A stretch of DNA of 62,364 nt, the filler included, from Choristocarpus tenellus KU-1152 (Eukaryota > Protista > Phaeophyceae), in assembly GCA_964200185.2 (NCBI GenBank). It is 10 parts of 10 records of this genome, joined end to end, with 100 filler letters (N's around TTAATTAATTAA, not from the genome) between each part and the next. Parts side by side here need not be neighbours in the genome. Positions count along the whole stretch, not along the records: positions 1 to 11,105 come from CAXNAD020002503.1; positions 11,206 to 14,821 come from CAXNAD020018941.1; 8 more parts are not named here. One strand, written 5' to 3'. A model generated the notes under the pieces. The model did no database searches. It worked only from the letters and a program-made list of their open reading frames with translations, and was not told the DNA's origin. Within the stretch, counting starts at the first letter, position 1, and each line of letters begins with the position of its first letter. The translations under genes and the position numbers were made by a program. Positions 1 through 13,609 of this stretch are shown here, one piece after another.

Positions 1-213
1 TTGGGGGGGGGGGGGGTCTATACCAGGGTGTCCATTTCGAACCAAAATCAGGAAAAGTGCATTTACATTGTCCATCCGACGTATGCAACCAAATCACCAA
101 AAATCGTAACATGAAAAAATTGACCCCAAATGGACAACCACCACCCCCCCCCCAGGTACTTTGAGCCAGTAATTCGAATAGTACAATGCCAACACAAGTC
201 TGTGACCTCGCAG

Positions 214-1378
214 GTGATTCAGAACAGTATCATACCACGATTGGTATGCCTTTTTGCCAACTCCGGGCCGCCTGCACCCATCACTGTTCGCAAGAATGCT
301 GCCATTTGCATGGCAAGACTCGGCAAGATTCCTGATCATAAACAGGTCAGATTTTTTTCTCTCTCACCTGTATTATTGATATTTCACCAGAATGGCACCA
401 ACTGTGAATCCTACTACTTCACAATGACCAAACGTTGATGGGGATAAGGTTATTAGCTGCCATCTGTTCCTACACCACGACAATAGCATTGTTTCCAAAT
501 CGTACCCACTTGCTGTCTTCAATGCTCCACGCCCAGTTTTGTTTTTGTAGTGCTCGGGGTGCTACAACATACTGCCACAGTTCATAGCAGTAATCATATT
601 GGTTTGAGACCCAAAGTATCTGGGGGGGGGGGGGGGTCTTCACCAAAGTGTCCATTTGGACCAACACCAGGAAAAGTACACTTTAATTATCCATCCAACG
701 TATGGAACCAAATCACCCAAAAATCGCGGCATGAAAAATTTAGCTCCAAATAGACAGCCCCCACCCCCCCCAGGTACTTTGAGCCAGGGTCAAAAACGGA
801 CGCCGGCACCCCCTCCCCCAGATTTGACCCTTGATACAAATACCAACCTCCAATTGGTTGTTTTTACAAATATTGTCATGCTTTGAAGTAGATCTCTGTG
901 TACTATCACTATACTGCATTTCATCTCGTTCCTCTTAGCATGAAGCAAGGTGCATGCTATACGAACATCTCTTGACGATTGATGTATTTTAGTTGGATGT
1001 GATCAATCCTGTACAACTCAGTTTTCTCTATTGCTGCAACAAGGTGTACATCAGCAACTCCGAATAGCATCACAATGATCTCAAAAGGATCATACAGATT
1101 TCTCGCACCTGGTGTTGTCACAACTGGGTTGATTGTTCTGGTTTGAAATAATGCTATGAGGTTGATGGTTGATGAACTTGATCAACTGTAGAGCATTTGA
1201 CCTTTGCCAATGTCTCACGATGTATACTGATGTTAAGTAGCACCTCAAATCTTCACAACTACTCCGGAGTATATTGCAACGATTGACACCATTGCACCCA
1301 ATTTTGCTCTACCAGGTTTTGACAGAGCTTAGGGGGATGGAAATGATCGTCCAGACTGGAACAGGCCTTGGCGTATGA
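214..1378 (+). CDS. TTC12-like (TPR/ARM) protein, last two exons (214-345, 1316-1378); 5' part outside the contig
   Basis: Two phase-0 exons with AG/GT borders splice to VIQNSIIPRLVCLFANSGPPAPITVRKNAAICMARLGKIPDHKQ|VLTELRGMEMIVQTGTGLGV*. RKNAAIxxAxL...LxELxGxE resembles the TTC12 ARM C-terminus (recognised from memory). Confidence 0.7.
608..785. mobile_element. Short G/C-tract MITE variant of the Sola-like family; other copies or fragments at 1-168, 1908-2003, 11206-11312, 21298-21373, 39657-39835, 47355-47417, 50124-50174
   Basis: Termini G(A/G)(C/G)(C/T)CAAAGTA...TACTTTGAGCC with internal poly-G/poly-C arms. The core TCCATCCAACGTATGGAACCAAATCACCCAAAAATCGCG recurs across contigs, often at contig ends. 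Confidence 0.7.
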
Positions 1379-1825
1379 GCATTGGAGGAGTAAAGAAGTT
1401 GATATTTAGGGCCTGAATTGGGTAGGAGTACATTTTGACACCGCGGGATCATTTGTAGGGTTACGTGGTGGGTAGGAATTTCACAAAGCATGTCATGTGA
1501 AAAGAAACAATACCCAATTTATTTATATTTTGCATCTCAGGAAGGGTGCAGGACACCTTGTGAGCTTAGTGTGGCATACAGATCGTCCTATTGTTGGTGT
1601 AATTGATTTATGACTCACATTGGTGTGATGCACGATGAAGAATGGATAATGCAATGATGCTTGAAAGTATTGCGCAGATATTCTCGTGGAGAAAGAGGCA
1701 ACAAACAAAATTCTCGGAACTGTAGTCAAGAATACATACAAAACGTGAGAACAGAAAGAAAGAAAAGTTGAGAAAGAAAAGTAAAAATACAGACATGCAA
1801 CAAAGAAATGTAGAACAATGCGGAA

Positions 1826-2176
1826 GAGTCGAAGCATTTAAGAGGGTAGGGCCTCATCCGCTCGGGATCATAAATCCAATGTTGCGATTTTGATTAATTT
1901 TGGCCAGGAGTCAAAGTATCGGGGGGGGGTGGCGGCTATCCATTTGGGGTCAATTTTTTCATGTCGCGATTTTTGGGTGATTTGGTTCCATACGTTCGAT
2001 ATGTTTGTTAGCAAGTGTCAATATTCTTGCTCCGTGCACACTATTCATAGTCGTATACAATTTAGGTAACTGTGTTCACACCGAAAACCGAAAAAGGGGC
2101 ATAAAAAAACTGTGGGAAACCAAGCCCCGAGTGGACAAGCAGGGTAAACCTCCTACCCTCTTAAATGTTTTGGGTC
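1826..2176. mobile_element. Sola2-like MITE with nested G-tract MITE fragment
   Basis: TIR GAGTCGAAGCATTTAAGAGGGTAGG...CCTACCCTCTTAAATGTTTTGGGTC; 4-bp TSD GGAA on both sides. Confidence 0.8.
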
Positions 2177-3797
2177 GGAAATGGACAAACAAAACAAAAA
2201 TAGACTCAACACACAAAAAAGAGAAAGTATAACAGCTTAGGTGTAACAAGCATTCGGCTCCAGTGTGCACCAGTATCAGCATCAAGATTCAATGCCACCC
2301 TGCTTTCACCCATAAAAAAAAACAGATCAATACACAACCACAACGAAGAAAAACTACAAGAGAAGGAAGAAACGCATCATCCACAGGATCTTGATAAACA
2401 AAGATAACAGCACCAGTACCAACGAGTGTGTCCTTGATGAATTCTTAATAATCTTTGTGCCATATGTGATCCCTTCTTGAATACTGTTGCCGTGCAGTTT
2501 GCACTAACATCTGAGAAAAATGTTAAGATTAAAGCAAAACGGTGGAGATGCGGAGATAGCGGAAACACGTTTCACTGTCTCTAATTGTTGTTGTTTGGGT
2601 CAGAATATCGTCAACGGCCAGCTTGTTGCCCCTGAAATACACTATTACAGTCCTCAATATGGACAGGATATCACGTTCTGTGGATTGTTCTGTGGGTTGA
2701 GCAACATCCCTTCCATTCCCTCCATAAATGATGAAAAAAGCCATGAGATAAGTATCCCATAGATATTTGGGTTCTACCCATAGGATCACAAAATTGAAGA
2801 CTAACACAGAGCTTCTCTCTTTCTGCGTTGTTTCAATCCTTCAGTACTACAGCTTGAGTCAGACCATACCAAGTAGTTGGGTATACTCTGTGTCGAAATA
2901 TTCCACACTGGACCCGCGACTTTGGTGCTTTGATGAAGGACAATGAATAGCTTAATGTAGATATGCAATGTTAACATTACAAGAGGCTTATGGTCTCGAT
3001 TCCGCTGGCTGAATAGGTAGGGTGAGACAAGCCTGGACTATCATTACTATTTGTATAGTTTGGGGTTTGCAATCGTCCAAACTATTTTACTATGAATCAC
3101 TTATTTACTTGTCTTAAGTATAGCAAGCGTATCTCGAACATGGCACAGAAATCAATGGACCCTATGAGTCAGTACATATAGTGTATCTGTCACTGGCTCT
3201 CCATCCGATTACATAATCCACCGGTGGTGTCTATAGTGTATCAGCAGCATTATCTACGAACATACTCCTCTCTTGGTATGAAAGCAATAGGTGGTATGGT
3301 GTGAAGTGGGTGAGATAGATTGAAGACAAAAGGTTTGGTATTGTGGTTTGAACCTTAATCAGATGATGAGTTCTGCAATTGAGTAGTGAATGTTTTCTCC
3401 CCTACTTCCAGAGTTGCTTTCTATGGCTGAGAGTAAATGAACTCAGAAGCTGGACCAATGTCGGTATGAGACAATGATCCGATATTAAAATGCACAATCA
3501 CATTTTGAACAAGACATCGGTTGGGTTGACATGTAAGAAAATGGTTCACGTGACAGTATGCAACCCTTAGGATCCACGTAGATATGGGACTCTTTTTCAC
3601 TGTGGTAAACGGAAAAAGGTGTTGACAGGTGCAAGATTATTCATCTACAAAACTTACCAGGCACACACCACTTTTTTCCAGTATACCACAACCGTAGTTT
3701 CCAATATCAAACTATCCCTATCCTTCACTTTTCCGCCCCTCTTTCACATGCTGGTGCTCACATCCGTAAGGACGAACAGTTTATATTTAGAGGGAAC

Positions 3798-3891
3798 CTG
3801 CTCCATTCTTTGATGCAGGGTCGTCCAGAGCTCGTCCTTCTCCCCTGCTTTATCCTTTGTTCTCTCGCCTCCCTCTGTAGGCCCCATTAGC
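3798..3891 (-). CDS. Possible isolated exon of an unknown minus-strand gene
   Basis: Poly-T tract plus TAG acceptor, open frame LMGPTEGGERTKDKAGEKDELWTTLHQRMEQ, CAG|GT donor. No family recognised and neighbouring exons not established. Confidence 0.3.
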
Positions 3892-5065
3892 CTACAAAAA
3901 AAAATGTGGTTGCATTGAATGCACCTGTAGCAGGATCCGAACCTTCATCGGTCAGTCATCGGTATATTATGCCACAGGTTTTCTCGCCGGGCTACCCACT
4001 ACTTTGCTGCCAGTGTGATAACATGTCTCCAAGGACCATCCTTATCTCCACTGCAATAAGACAGCACGCTCACTGCTTCTATTATTTTGTGCAGATGACC
4101 TTGCCTAGTCTCCTAAGCACTGAAAACATCGTATCCAAATAGATATGGTTCGAAGCAGCAGGGTATCAGCATTCCTGCATCATTGTTCTATTATGATTTG
4201 TTAGGATTATTATTTCTTATAACTATTATGTACTTTTTGTTATCGTCAATAATGTGATTTAATTGTCGTTGTCTTCACATTAGTCTGGGGATTATTCCCA
4301 CCCTTGGTCAGAGGCACTATACACTGCCATAATACTTCTCATAGTAACTATTACAATGACCTATTGCACTACCACGAATTAATTGTACTGCTTTATTTGT
4401 TTGTGTGTTGCTTTTCACACAATGGATTCAGCCTTCATGTCAAACTCTTGTCACCTGTTGTTGCTCCACCTCTTCCCGTCAAGTCTTGTGCTGGGACCTA
4501 CTCGGCAATGAAACCTCGTCACATCATTCTTGATCCAGTATATTTTGTAGTATAGCCACAGAAAGGATAGTACAGGAGGAACATAGTCTGTGGTGCTTGT
4601 CACGTAGTAGACGTTTGACAACAGGTAATTGAATCAAGGTTTCCATCAAATTAAGTCTGATGCCGATGGGTTTGAGTCTGCAAAATCCATACAGGGAAGA
4701 AAATTCTCGGTGAGGCACCTCACTCCTACCCACTCTGCCGCCTCTAATCTTGTCCAATGCTTGCTGGCCCCCAATTAAGCCTTATCACTACGATTCAGGT
4801 TTTCCCTCTTTTTTTTTCGTTTAGCGACAGACTAGAGGAGATGTTGTCAACCATTTCCTTTGTTTGCCATGGAAACTATATTTAACGTCCTTTTTGAAAG
4901 GAGTCTGACCACGGGTGACCTTGAACGAGAGAAGCTGTTTACAGCTGTTATACTTAGACTAGAGGTCTGTAACACTCATGGATATGAGGACGGACACTCC
5001 CAATAAGTAAAATAAATAATGCATAAAAAATTACTTCCCCCTCTATCAAAAAGAAAAATGAAGCT

Positions 5066-5136
5066 TACGACGACGGGGACTCGAACCCCGGGCATAACCT
5101 TGGGAGGGTTATATGTTACCCCTACACCACCGTCGT
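5066..5136 (-). tRNA. tRNA-Gly, anticodon CCC
   Basis: 71-nt cloverleaf: acceptor ACGACGG/TCGTCGT, D stem GTGT/ACAT, anticodon stem TAACC/GGTTA with loop CT-CCC-AA, 4-nt variable loop, T arm CGGGG-TTCGAGT-CCCCG, discriminator A. Downstream T-runs fit a Pol III terminator. Confidence 0.92.
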
Positions 5137-5922
5137 TAAGACATTTACTGTACTCATTAACACATTTCTAACCAATTGTTATATTCAACAAGGTACTAGT
5201 AGTCAAAAGAGAGTAAGAGTCAGTTCGCCTCTTGCTTCAATAAATATATCGAGTACAATTAAATATATTTCCTTTCAAAATTCAAATTTGCAATATATCC
5301 ACATCTTCTCATCAAACAAAAGTAGTAAACTCACCAAATCTTTTTGGAGACGACAGTCAACAGAAACTAGCACCTTGGCATTCAGGGAGAGGTATTTTAG
5401 ATGATTTAGCTATTTATATTGTTCGATGGATGGGTCTGATGATATAGGGTGTTGGAGGATTTAACCAGGAAGGGACCTGTGAAATCACCTTGAAGACAGA
5501 ATATTTTTGTCCCCACAATTGCCCATCTCTACAAGAATTTAACGCTTTGAAAAGACTCCAGATCGATGGGGTAGTTAGTAGTAGAGTTGATACAAAAGTG
5601 AGATTCTTCTATTCATTCCCACCCCGATTTTAGGGTCAGTTTAAGAGTACATTTTTTTTTCTTGTTGTATAGTGTGTTACATGAATTATATTTTGTAGAA
5701 GTACTATCTGATTTAATGTCCTTTACATATATATGGTTTATCTGCTAAAAACACATCAGTTGTCCTTTTTCAACCAACCTCTTCACGTCCTTTTTGAAAC
5801 ATATAACAGAAAGAATAGAGGTAGTTCTTGGTTCAACAAAATAAAAATGTCTAGTCCCATATAGTGGTGTACTTCAATTTCTTGTCACACCACTGCAAAT
5901 CGTTTGTTGAAAGAGAAGGGAG

Positions 5923-8900
5923 ATGGCTACGCTGTTGGGGACTACAGCTTCGGACAATGAGTTTGCCGATGTTCCAATTATCGATCTAGCGGAATGGATC
6001 AAGAACGACGCATCTACCCTTGAAACTGGGGCAGTCGAAGAATGTGAAGGGGTGGGTCTTGGTGACTAGGGTGATTAGAGTATGTAGTGTTACATACTGC
6101 TCATTTCAAGATATGCCAATGCCTCTGCGAACCAATCTCTATTAACGTACTTAACCCACTCATTGAGCTATCCCTGAACCAATTAAAACCAGCTGGCCGA
6201 TGCATTGCATCGATTCGGGCTGGTCCTTGTCAGAGACCCCCGAGTTTCAGAGGAGGACAACAATGCCTTCCTGGACCAGATGGAGCACTATTATGCGCAG
6301 AGCGATGGCAAGACTGACGCTCGTCCAGAGGTGAGGATTCCCTATAGCTCCATCGGCCTTTCCAGGAGGATGATAGACTACCGGAAACCGTACCTCACTA
6401 TTGATTATTGCTCTATTGCAAGGCAACATCCACATACAATCTAGAGTAAATCTAGGGCTTGCGTGACTCCGGCTGCTCTGAGTCGTATCGCACATACTGT
6501 TGATAAAATGCACTTTGATGTTGCAGTCATCCTGTCAAGTTACAGTTAGTAATATACCACGATAGTAAGGTTCTACGAGAGACTGAAGTCACACATGCTT
6601 CTCACCCCTACTATCTTCGGTTCATTTGTTAATTGACACCTACGCATCCTTCAATCCCCTTACGAAGTTATCCTACCAGGTAGGGGTTACTCCCGAAGGT
6701 ACGGAGCGCGCACGACCTCACTGCTCCCTCATAAGTCAGCTCCCTGACGGACATCGGCCCAACACGCTGTGCCCCCCTGAAGCTGATCCCAAGTGGCGTT
6801 TCTTCTGGAGAGTGGTGAGTGGTGTCATCTTTAGGAATCATCAGTATAAACTGTGGGAATCTAGTTTCCTTCTTCAAGCAGGTATTCTGAAGGTTGTTCT
6901 CAGGCGTTTTCAAGAGCTTTATTGAAGCGCCCCTAGAGTTCTGTGCATACTGCTTCGCGCTAAATCGAGAGATAAGCATGGACTACCAGTACACATAGCT
7001 GTTATAATATATATATTATACTGTTCTGATAGTGACTAGCTGATTAATTGAATTGACTCTTAGATGGAATCGAGGCCAACATTAGGTGCATTATTACACT
7101 GGTCTCTGGACTACAGTATGTTATTTCACATACAGTGTGAGGTGGCATTTTGTGGGTGGCCTGTTCGTGACAAGGCTCCTTGAACTTTAAATCTCTTTGA
7201 TGAAGAGGAGCTGCACAGAAAAGAGAATCATCAATGCAAGTCGAGATCCAATCATCACAAAGGGGTGCCCAATATTGTGACTTATACAAAGTGCATAGGT
7301 GTTGTGCATACTTTTGGCAAAAGGTGTTCCGATGTTGCTACTCTATTGTGTTGCACCTACGACCTCATTGAGTACAACTGTTCCCCTAGACTATAGTCAA
7401 GTAGAATAGGGACAACAATTGCAGCAGTCTGTCAGACCTTGCCAGACCCAGCTGGTGGTGGTGTCCAGGTGGAAGCACATGGCATGCCTTCAGATATTTG
7501 CTTGGGCTGTCACAGACACAATTTTGGTGCGAGGCGGTAATCATAGAGTAAACAGTTATGATTCATGAGTGCAAGTGCCTCCATTCGCCAGGCAATGCAT
7601 ATTGAGAACATTGTTACCTTACCACAGTCCATCATGCCCTAACCCTACACCTGACCTTAGAAGGCACACTGTTATTGCTGTGAACATCCTAGTGTCCCGC
7701 AACAGAAGTTCCTGCACACTATGGTTCACAATCAATTTCATCACGTCTACTTTGCTATGTGCTATATGGATACAAGTATCTATGTAGAGTAGAGTAAGCG
7801 TCATAGCTATTTATTACCACTTGACTCCCTATGTGTGCAAAAAATTGCTGGGCAAAAGGAAGGATAGTGAATGCTATCCACTACTCCTGTGGCACCATTC
7901 TAGGCACAGTGAGGCAACATGTACACAACAATGGAGGAGGTGCATTTGCATATTCCAGGCACTTTGTCTCGCCTATTTTCATCCCACCAACTTCAACATA
8001 CCAAACCCTAATCCTACCATGACGCACACAATAAGTAACTTGATATTCTATTGTATGTAGTATGATAGGTGCATTAGGTGAGGATCGCTGACAGTTATGA
8101 CAATTAAGATATGTGTTGTGAGTGGTGTGGTTTGTCAGTGCAGTGTATATATCTAGGGAGTAATAACCAGCCCTGCTGTGCAAAGGGTATGTCGCCCAGA
8201 TTTCAATTTTTTGTAGCAGCATACTACAAGAACTCTGCTTAAAGATATGACTCACATGGAGGGACGATAGTGGTCTTTGGCACTCTTCTATTGGGCGCAA
8301 TGCCAATAATAATGGCATCATCATTGGGAATATCTAAATCAGTGTATATATACCCTTCCCCACCCCAATTATACCCCAATAATGACCCAGCCGTGTAGCG
8401 AAACCTGAATGACCCCAGTTGCTGTCTTGTTCAACGACATGCAAGACATTAATGTGCAAAACCGTTTTCCACACCTACATGTGCCAAGTACATTTTACGA
8501 AAATAGTGCCTAACTCAAATAAATCACAGTGTTTCTTTCTCCCAGTCCCGCCCTTTTGATACCTTCGCTGCCATTGATTGCCGTGGGAAAATGGCGCATC
8601 CCTCTCTTTTTTTTTCTTGTTTGTTTGTACTCAAGTACTTGATCTTTGTATTGCACACCTACCGGTTCTTGGTTCCACGTAATTCACAGGGGCCTAGACC
8701 AGAGGTGACCAACTATAAGCAGCTCAATGCACCACCTGTCATCCCTGCTGGGTTCAAGGAATGGTCAAGTGTCATGGACACCTGGGGGGGTAAGGTACAG
8801 TGTCTCTGTACAACTAAACATAAGGCTCTATACTGGCAGAATTTTCAATGCAGGATATGTGTATGCACGTATGTGTTTACTTGTTTATCCTTGACCATCT

Positions 8901-10285
8901 TGTCTGCCACGTTTTTTGTAATGTGAAGTGTCTTATTTATTTTTCTTTTTTTTATGTTAACGTCACTGCATACATATTATTACTTGCTGCATAATTTCGT
9001 TCATTTCTTGCTCATCACCTCATCACCTCATCACCTTATCACCTTATTAAGTCCCCTGTGAACTGCTGAGTTGCAGCAGTCGTCTTCCACTCAGTCGTCC
9101 TGCTTGAGTACACAGTGGTCAGTCGCGAGTAGTACTCTGTGTTGGTGTGATTTATGTTGGATATGTTTCCTCTGAGAATAGAACCAAGATCTAGGAAGCA
9201 AGGTCTATACTACTCTGGAATATATATACCTACCAACAGCAACAAATGCACCAATCAAATGGTACAGATGGAGAATTGAACCCATAGAAACCTTTCCCCT
9301 TTAACCTACCTTCATCCCCTTAGTCTCTTGTTTTTTCCTTTCTTTTTGTGTGTTTTCATGGATGATACCTGTTGCTCTGAGGTCAGATGATTGGAGCTTT
9401 AGAGGTGGTTGGTCGAATGGTGGGGATGGGGCTGGGGCTGGGACCGGATTCTATTCCGTCTCTCATGGACAAGGGGCCTCACCTGCTTGCACCGACAGGT
9501 AATTAGTTGGTCCCAGTCTTATGGTCTTGTTCAATGTATGTTTAAGTATTTGAGTGTTTGAAGGTATTGGTGTACACCTCTTTGAGCCTTTTGAAGGACC
9601 TTGAGTACTTTTGCCTCACTTACAATCTAGCTACAAATCAGTCTTGAAGGTGCCATGACTACCGCTATCCCAAGCACATTTTGGTCATGTCACTCACTAT
9701 TCACAGTACCACAAGTATCACAGGTACCACTACCTGCAGTGCCATTTTGCCACACCACTCCTGGAAATACAGTGAAGTACCTCTTTAAAATGTTTGCTTT
9801 GAATGGAAATTATGTAGGCATTTCAAGGTCCTTGTCTTGCCTTGGTTGCCCTGCCTCCTCTCCCCCTGGTGGTTGCTTTCGATCAGGGTTAGGGTTGTTA
9901 ATGCGTGGTGATCTCACTCCCTAGTTTGCTTATGTTGGAGGAAAAGAGGTTGACCATTGCAGCAGGGATGGAGGTGTGGGTGAGGGGATTGAAAATTATT
10001 TTTTTTAGATACTCATTTTTGTTGATGTGACTTTGGCTGTTGATGGATAGATGCTACCAATAATTTTACCAGTATTTTGTGCATGTGAAGTTTGTTCCTT
10101 CTCTCTCTCTCTCTCTCTCTCTCATTTCCTTTCTCTTTTTTACTCTCACTGACAACAGGGTCTGACTTTGGCAAGCATGGCACATTGGGGACAGTACTTG
10201 CTGGTTTTCACTACGACCTGAATCTTCTCACCATTCACGGAAAGAGTCGATTTCCTGGCCTATCTGTTTGGCTCCGAGATGGAAG
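5923..10285 (+). CDS. 2-oxoglutarate/Fe(II)-dependent oxygenase (isopenicillin N synthase-like), exons 5923-6051, 6193-6330, 6668-6814, 8690-8794, 9387-9498, 10159-10285; 3' end missing
   Basis: Six phase-compatible GT-AG exons give VPIIDL, ADALHRFGLVLVRDPRV, YQVGVTPEG, DPKWRFFWRVGPRP, GPHLLAPTG and the HxD iron motif in GFHYDLNLLTIHGKSRFPGL. Confidence 0.9.
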
Positions 10286-11105
10286 GTATACCCTTTCTTG
10301 TGCTAATTCGTTGATCACTACTTCTAATATTGACTGCAATGACCATGCTTGTATGTTGAGATCTCACAAAACGTGGAAGTTTATCTGTTCCTGTGAGATC
10401 AGGTTCAAGCCTGCTAAAAAAATTAACGGTGTGAAGTTATTTTTTCATGGGTTTAAAAAAAAAAAACGGATGCGTGTTCATATATTTTATTTTTCTTTAA
10501 CAAATAACGGCATGTAGTTCTTATGTTTTTATCACTCGCTTGCTGATTGTAGGGTTAGGGTTGAAACCGCCACCCTTCTTTGCACAATCATATGTGAAAA
10601 TATAGACAAGTAGGCATGACACAACACTTCTTTTAATAAAAAAAGGAAGAAAAAAAAATCTGATGACCGGTGAGTGGGTACCTTCTTGTTTGATTTCCTG
10701 ATGCTAAATAGGTTATAAATTGTGCACCCCTGTTGTGTACTTCAAACTTCACAGTTTTTCCGAAAACTGACAGCTGCGCAGTATACAACAAAAAATAAGA
10801 ACAGTAGAAACAAGAGTAATTAATTAAGTAGATTGCGGCGTCGTAACAAACCTAAGTAGACACAAAGAGAGTGTATTGTCTAGAGTTGTGAACCAATACC
10901 AAGCTGCGGCTACAGGATTGCTTCAACCTGCGTTTTGTTTCATTATATTATTAATTGAATTGAGACCCCTCCGCGCACAAAAAAGGCAAAAAAAGAAAAA
11001 GAAAAAAAGTCTCCCACCATTTTTTTTTTTTCGGATTCTCATTATAGGCGGATCCGAAGCCATCGACAGTGAAGTAGTGTATAGTGAGTTGCATGGGGTA
11101 GTAGT

Positions 11106-11205
11106 NNNNNNNNNNNNNNNNNNNNNNNNNNNNNNNNNNNNNNNNNNNNTTAATTAATTAANNNNNNNNNNNNNNNNNNNNNNNNNNNNNNNNNNNNNNN
11201 NNNNN
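11106..11205. other. Artificial contig spacer (also 14822-14921, 21198-21297, 33808-33907, 36714-36813, 43893-43992, 47255-47354, 50175-50274, 55340-55439); 10-N scaffold gap at 29737-29746
   Basis: Identical N44-TTAATTAATTAA-N44 blocks carrying stops in all six frames. Confidence 0.98.
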
Positions 11206-11886
11206 CTGTAACAAAAGCGCCCTTACATTATCCATCCAACACATGCAACCAAATAACTCAAAAATTGCAACATGAAAAATTAGGCCGCCACCCCCCCCCA
11301 GACACTTTCAGCCTATAACCTATCCATACCACTCAACATCTCATTCAACCCTTTCTGTGCACAATTTTGTACCATCCAGTCCACTTCCCAGCCCTCTGAT
11401 TCGCCTTGGCAAAATGACTTTCATGGTCACCTCTCACAACTATCCTGTCCACACTGCCCTCGCCATTTCCTTACAACGTACTCTGGAGTACCTTTCACCT
11501 CTTTAGCCAAACCGAAATTGTTGTGTTCCTCTGCCCTTACTCCTATGTTATATTTGATTCCCACCGTTTCCTTTGGTATTTTCCTCTACAAAAAACTGGA
11601 TTTCTGATGTGAATTGCTGATGCCAAAAAAAGTATGGAATGTCACCGACTCCCTGCTCATATTGTCTAGAGAGAGGCCTTGTCTGAAGGAAGGAAACCAT
11701 GAGTGGGGCGACTGGTCATGGCATTTATGCATGGTGCGCATGCATACCTTTCCCAACACCCAACAGGTGACCTGGGCGTAAAGAGGTACTGGACATCAAT
11801 AGGAAGAGGCGTAACGTGTGGTCAAAGTTGGAATGGTCAGAATCTGTACCTTGCACTGGCTATATCTCCAAAATGGAGTGAAACAT

Positions 11887-12146
11887 GAGTAAAAGTATCT
11901 TAGAGGGGGTATAGCTGGGTCCGTTTGGGGGCCAAAATCCAATGTTGCTATTTTGATGTAATTTTGGCTATCGTGTTTGTTAGGAAGTGTCGTTATCCTT
12001 GTTCCAGACATACGTTCTCATAATGTATGCATTTTACCTACTCCGAAACATTTCAGAGTAGGAAATGTCATAAAAAACCAGTGGGAAGCCAAGTCCAAAA
12101 ACGGAAAAACAGAGAAAAACTCGTGCCCTCTAAGATACTTTCACTC
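11887..12146. mobile_element. Sola2-like MITE (260 bp)
   Basis: TIR GAGTAAAAGTATCTTAGAGGG...CCCTCTAAGATACTTTCACTC; TSD ACAT. Confidence 0.85.
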
Positions 12147-13169
12147 ACATGCAGATTGTGAAATCTCGAAGGTCATTTTGGTGGACCGTAACGAGAGCTG
12201 GGCGGGTGTCTGTGATGTTGCCTTCTCTTGAAGGTGAGGTAGGGATAACAAAGTTGGATTTCCATTTATGTTCCCTGACTCCACTGCCTCGCACAAGGGC
12301 ATAATCTGGTCAGGGTGTGTCTATTTGAAGTATTGCCTCTTAGCTTAAAGCAAGACTGCCCTATCAATCTTAGGATTGTGTGGTGCGTTCATCAAACATT
12401 TCTACCTTTGCTCCAAGGGAAAGCACAATGATGGGTACCGCATTGCCGCCCTTGACTCCATACTACCAATAATTACAGTGTAAAAGTAACATAGTCCCAC
12501 TACCCCATCGAGCCCTGTTGAACTTCATCTCTATTGACACCCTCTGTTGTGAATGGGCTTCGGTCAAAGCTCCAAAGCCATGAAGGCTACAGAAAGGGTT
12601 GGGCGTCATTTGTACTCATAGATTAATGAAACTGTTTTTTCCCTTTATTTTTTTTATGAATGACTAGGTTAGATCCTTACTGGGTTGGACAGGTGGAAGA
12701 TTAATTAAGGAGAAAGGAGGTTAGAGCCTTGAAGCCCGAGGGGGGGGGGTCCTTGTCACCAAGTCGATCCTACTCTGTGGATCACAAGTCACTAAGTTAT
12801 CACGCGTCAAGTGAAGTGGGACTGATTTTTGTGTTACGGTTTGTGTAACAGTTATTGAGGTACTACTTTTCTCCTACAATTATTGTTAGGGGAGTGTTTG
12901 TCAAGAATATTCTTTCATAAAACCAAAAGTACATTATGTAAATAACGATCAGATGATGGAAGAGAGGTTTGTATCCTGAAGAGAAGGAAATAGGTATAGG
13001 TTGATGAACTATGATACGGAAGAGTTCAGGAAAAGGAAACATTGTAGCAAGCAATATGTGCTTAACATTGCAATGCCTGTTGGATAATAGCTTATACAGA
13101 CTACTTGTAAAACGATCCGTACATTGAAACTTCGTAAGTAAATATATACAATTAGAATCTTCCCCGCCC

Positions 13170-13567
13170 TCTCCCACTGGCGTACATATTGGCACCGCAT
13201 TTCTATGTGCTTTGTTCTCCCTTTAAACTGCCTTCTGGGCAACCTTAATTGCACAAACTTTATCCTCAGACACTGATACAGAATAGTCCTCACGAAGTGG
13301 TTACATGAGAATGTGCCCTGTTTAGGAAACGTGACCTCTTTTCCCCAATTCACACAATGTAACATACTCGGACTGAGCAACAGATGGTGTAACCGTCTTC
13401 CGCTTTCTAGACCACCAGTAAACACATCCTTCCCCATACATGACTATTTCACCCGAAACAGACAATCTACTCTCATTGCAGTTAGCATAATCAGCATCTG
13501 TGTAGCTAATTAGCTGGTCCCTCGGTCCATTCCCGTACAAAGTCAAAATCTTCAAAGGTAGTACCAT
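13170..13567 (-). mobile_element. Ty1/Copia LTR retrotransposon RNase H remnant
   Basis: YTDADYA..ESRLSVSG..VYWWSRKRKTV..SVAQSEYV and RTKHIEMR match Copia RNase H motifs; frameshifted. Confidence 0.85.
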
Positions 13568-13609
13568 CCTCTATAGTAACAAAACAAATACCCTATTACT
13601 CTCTTAATA

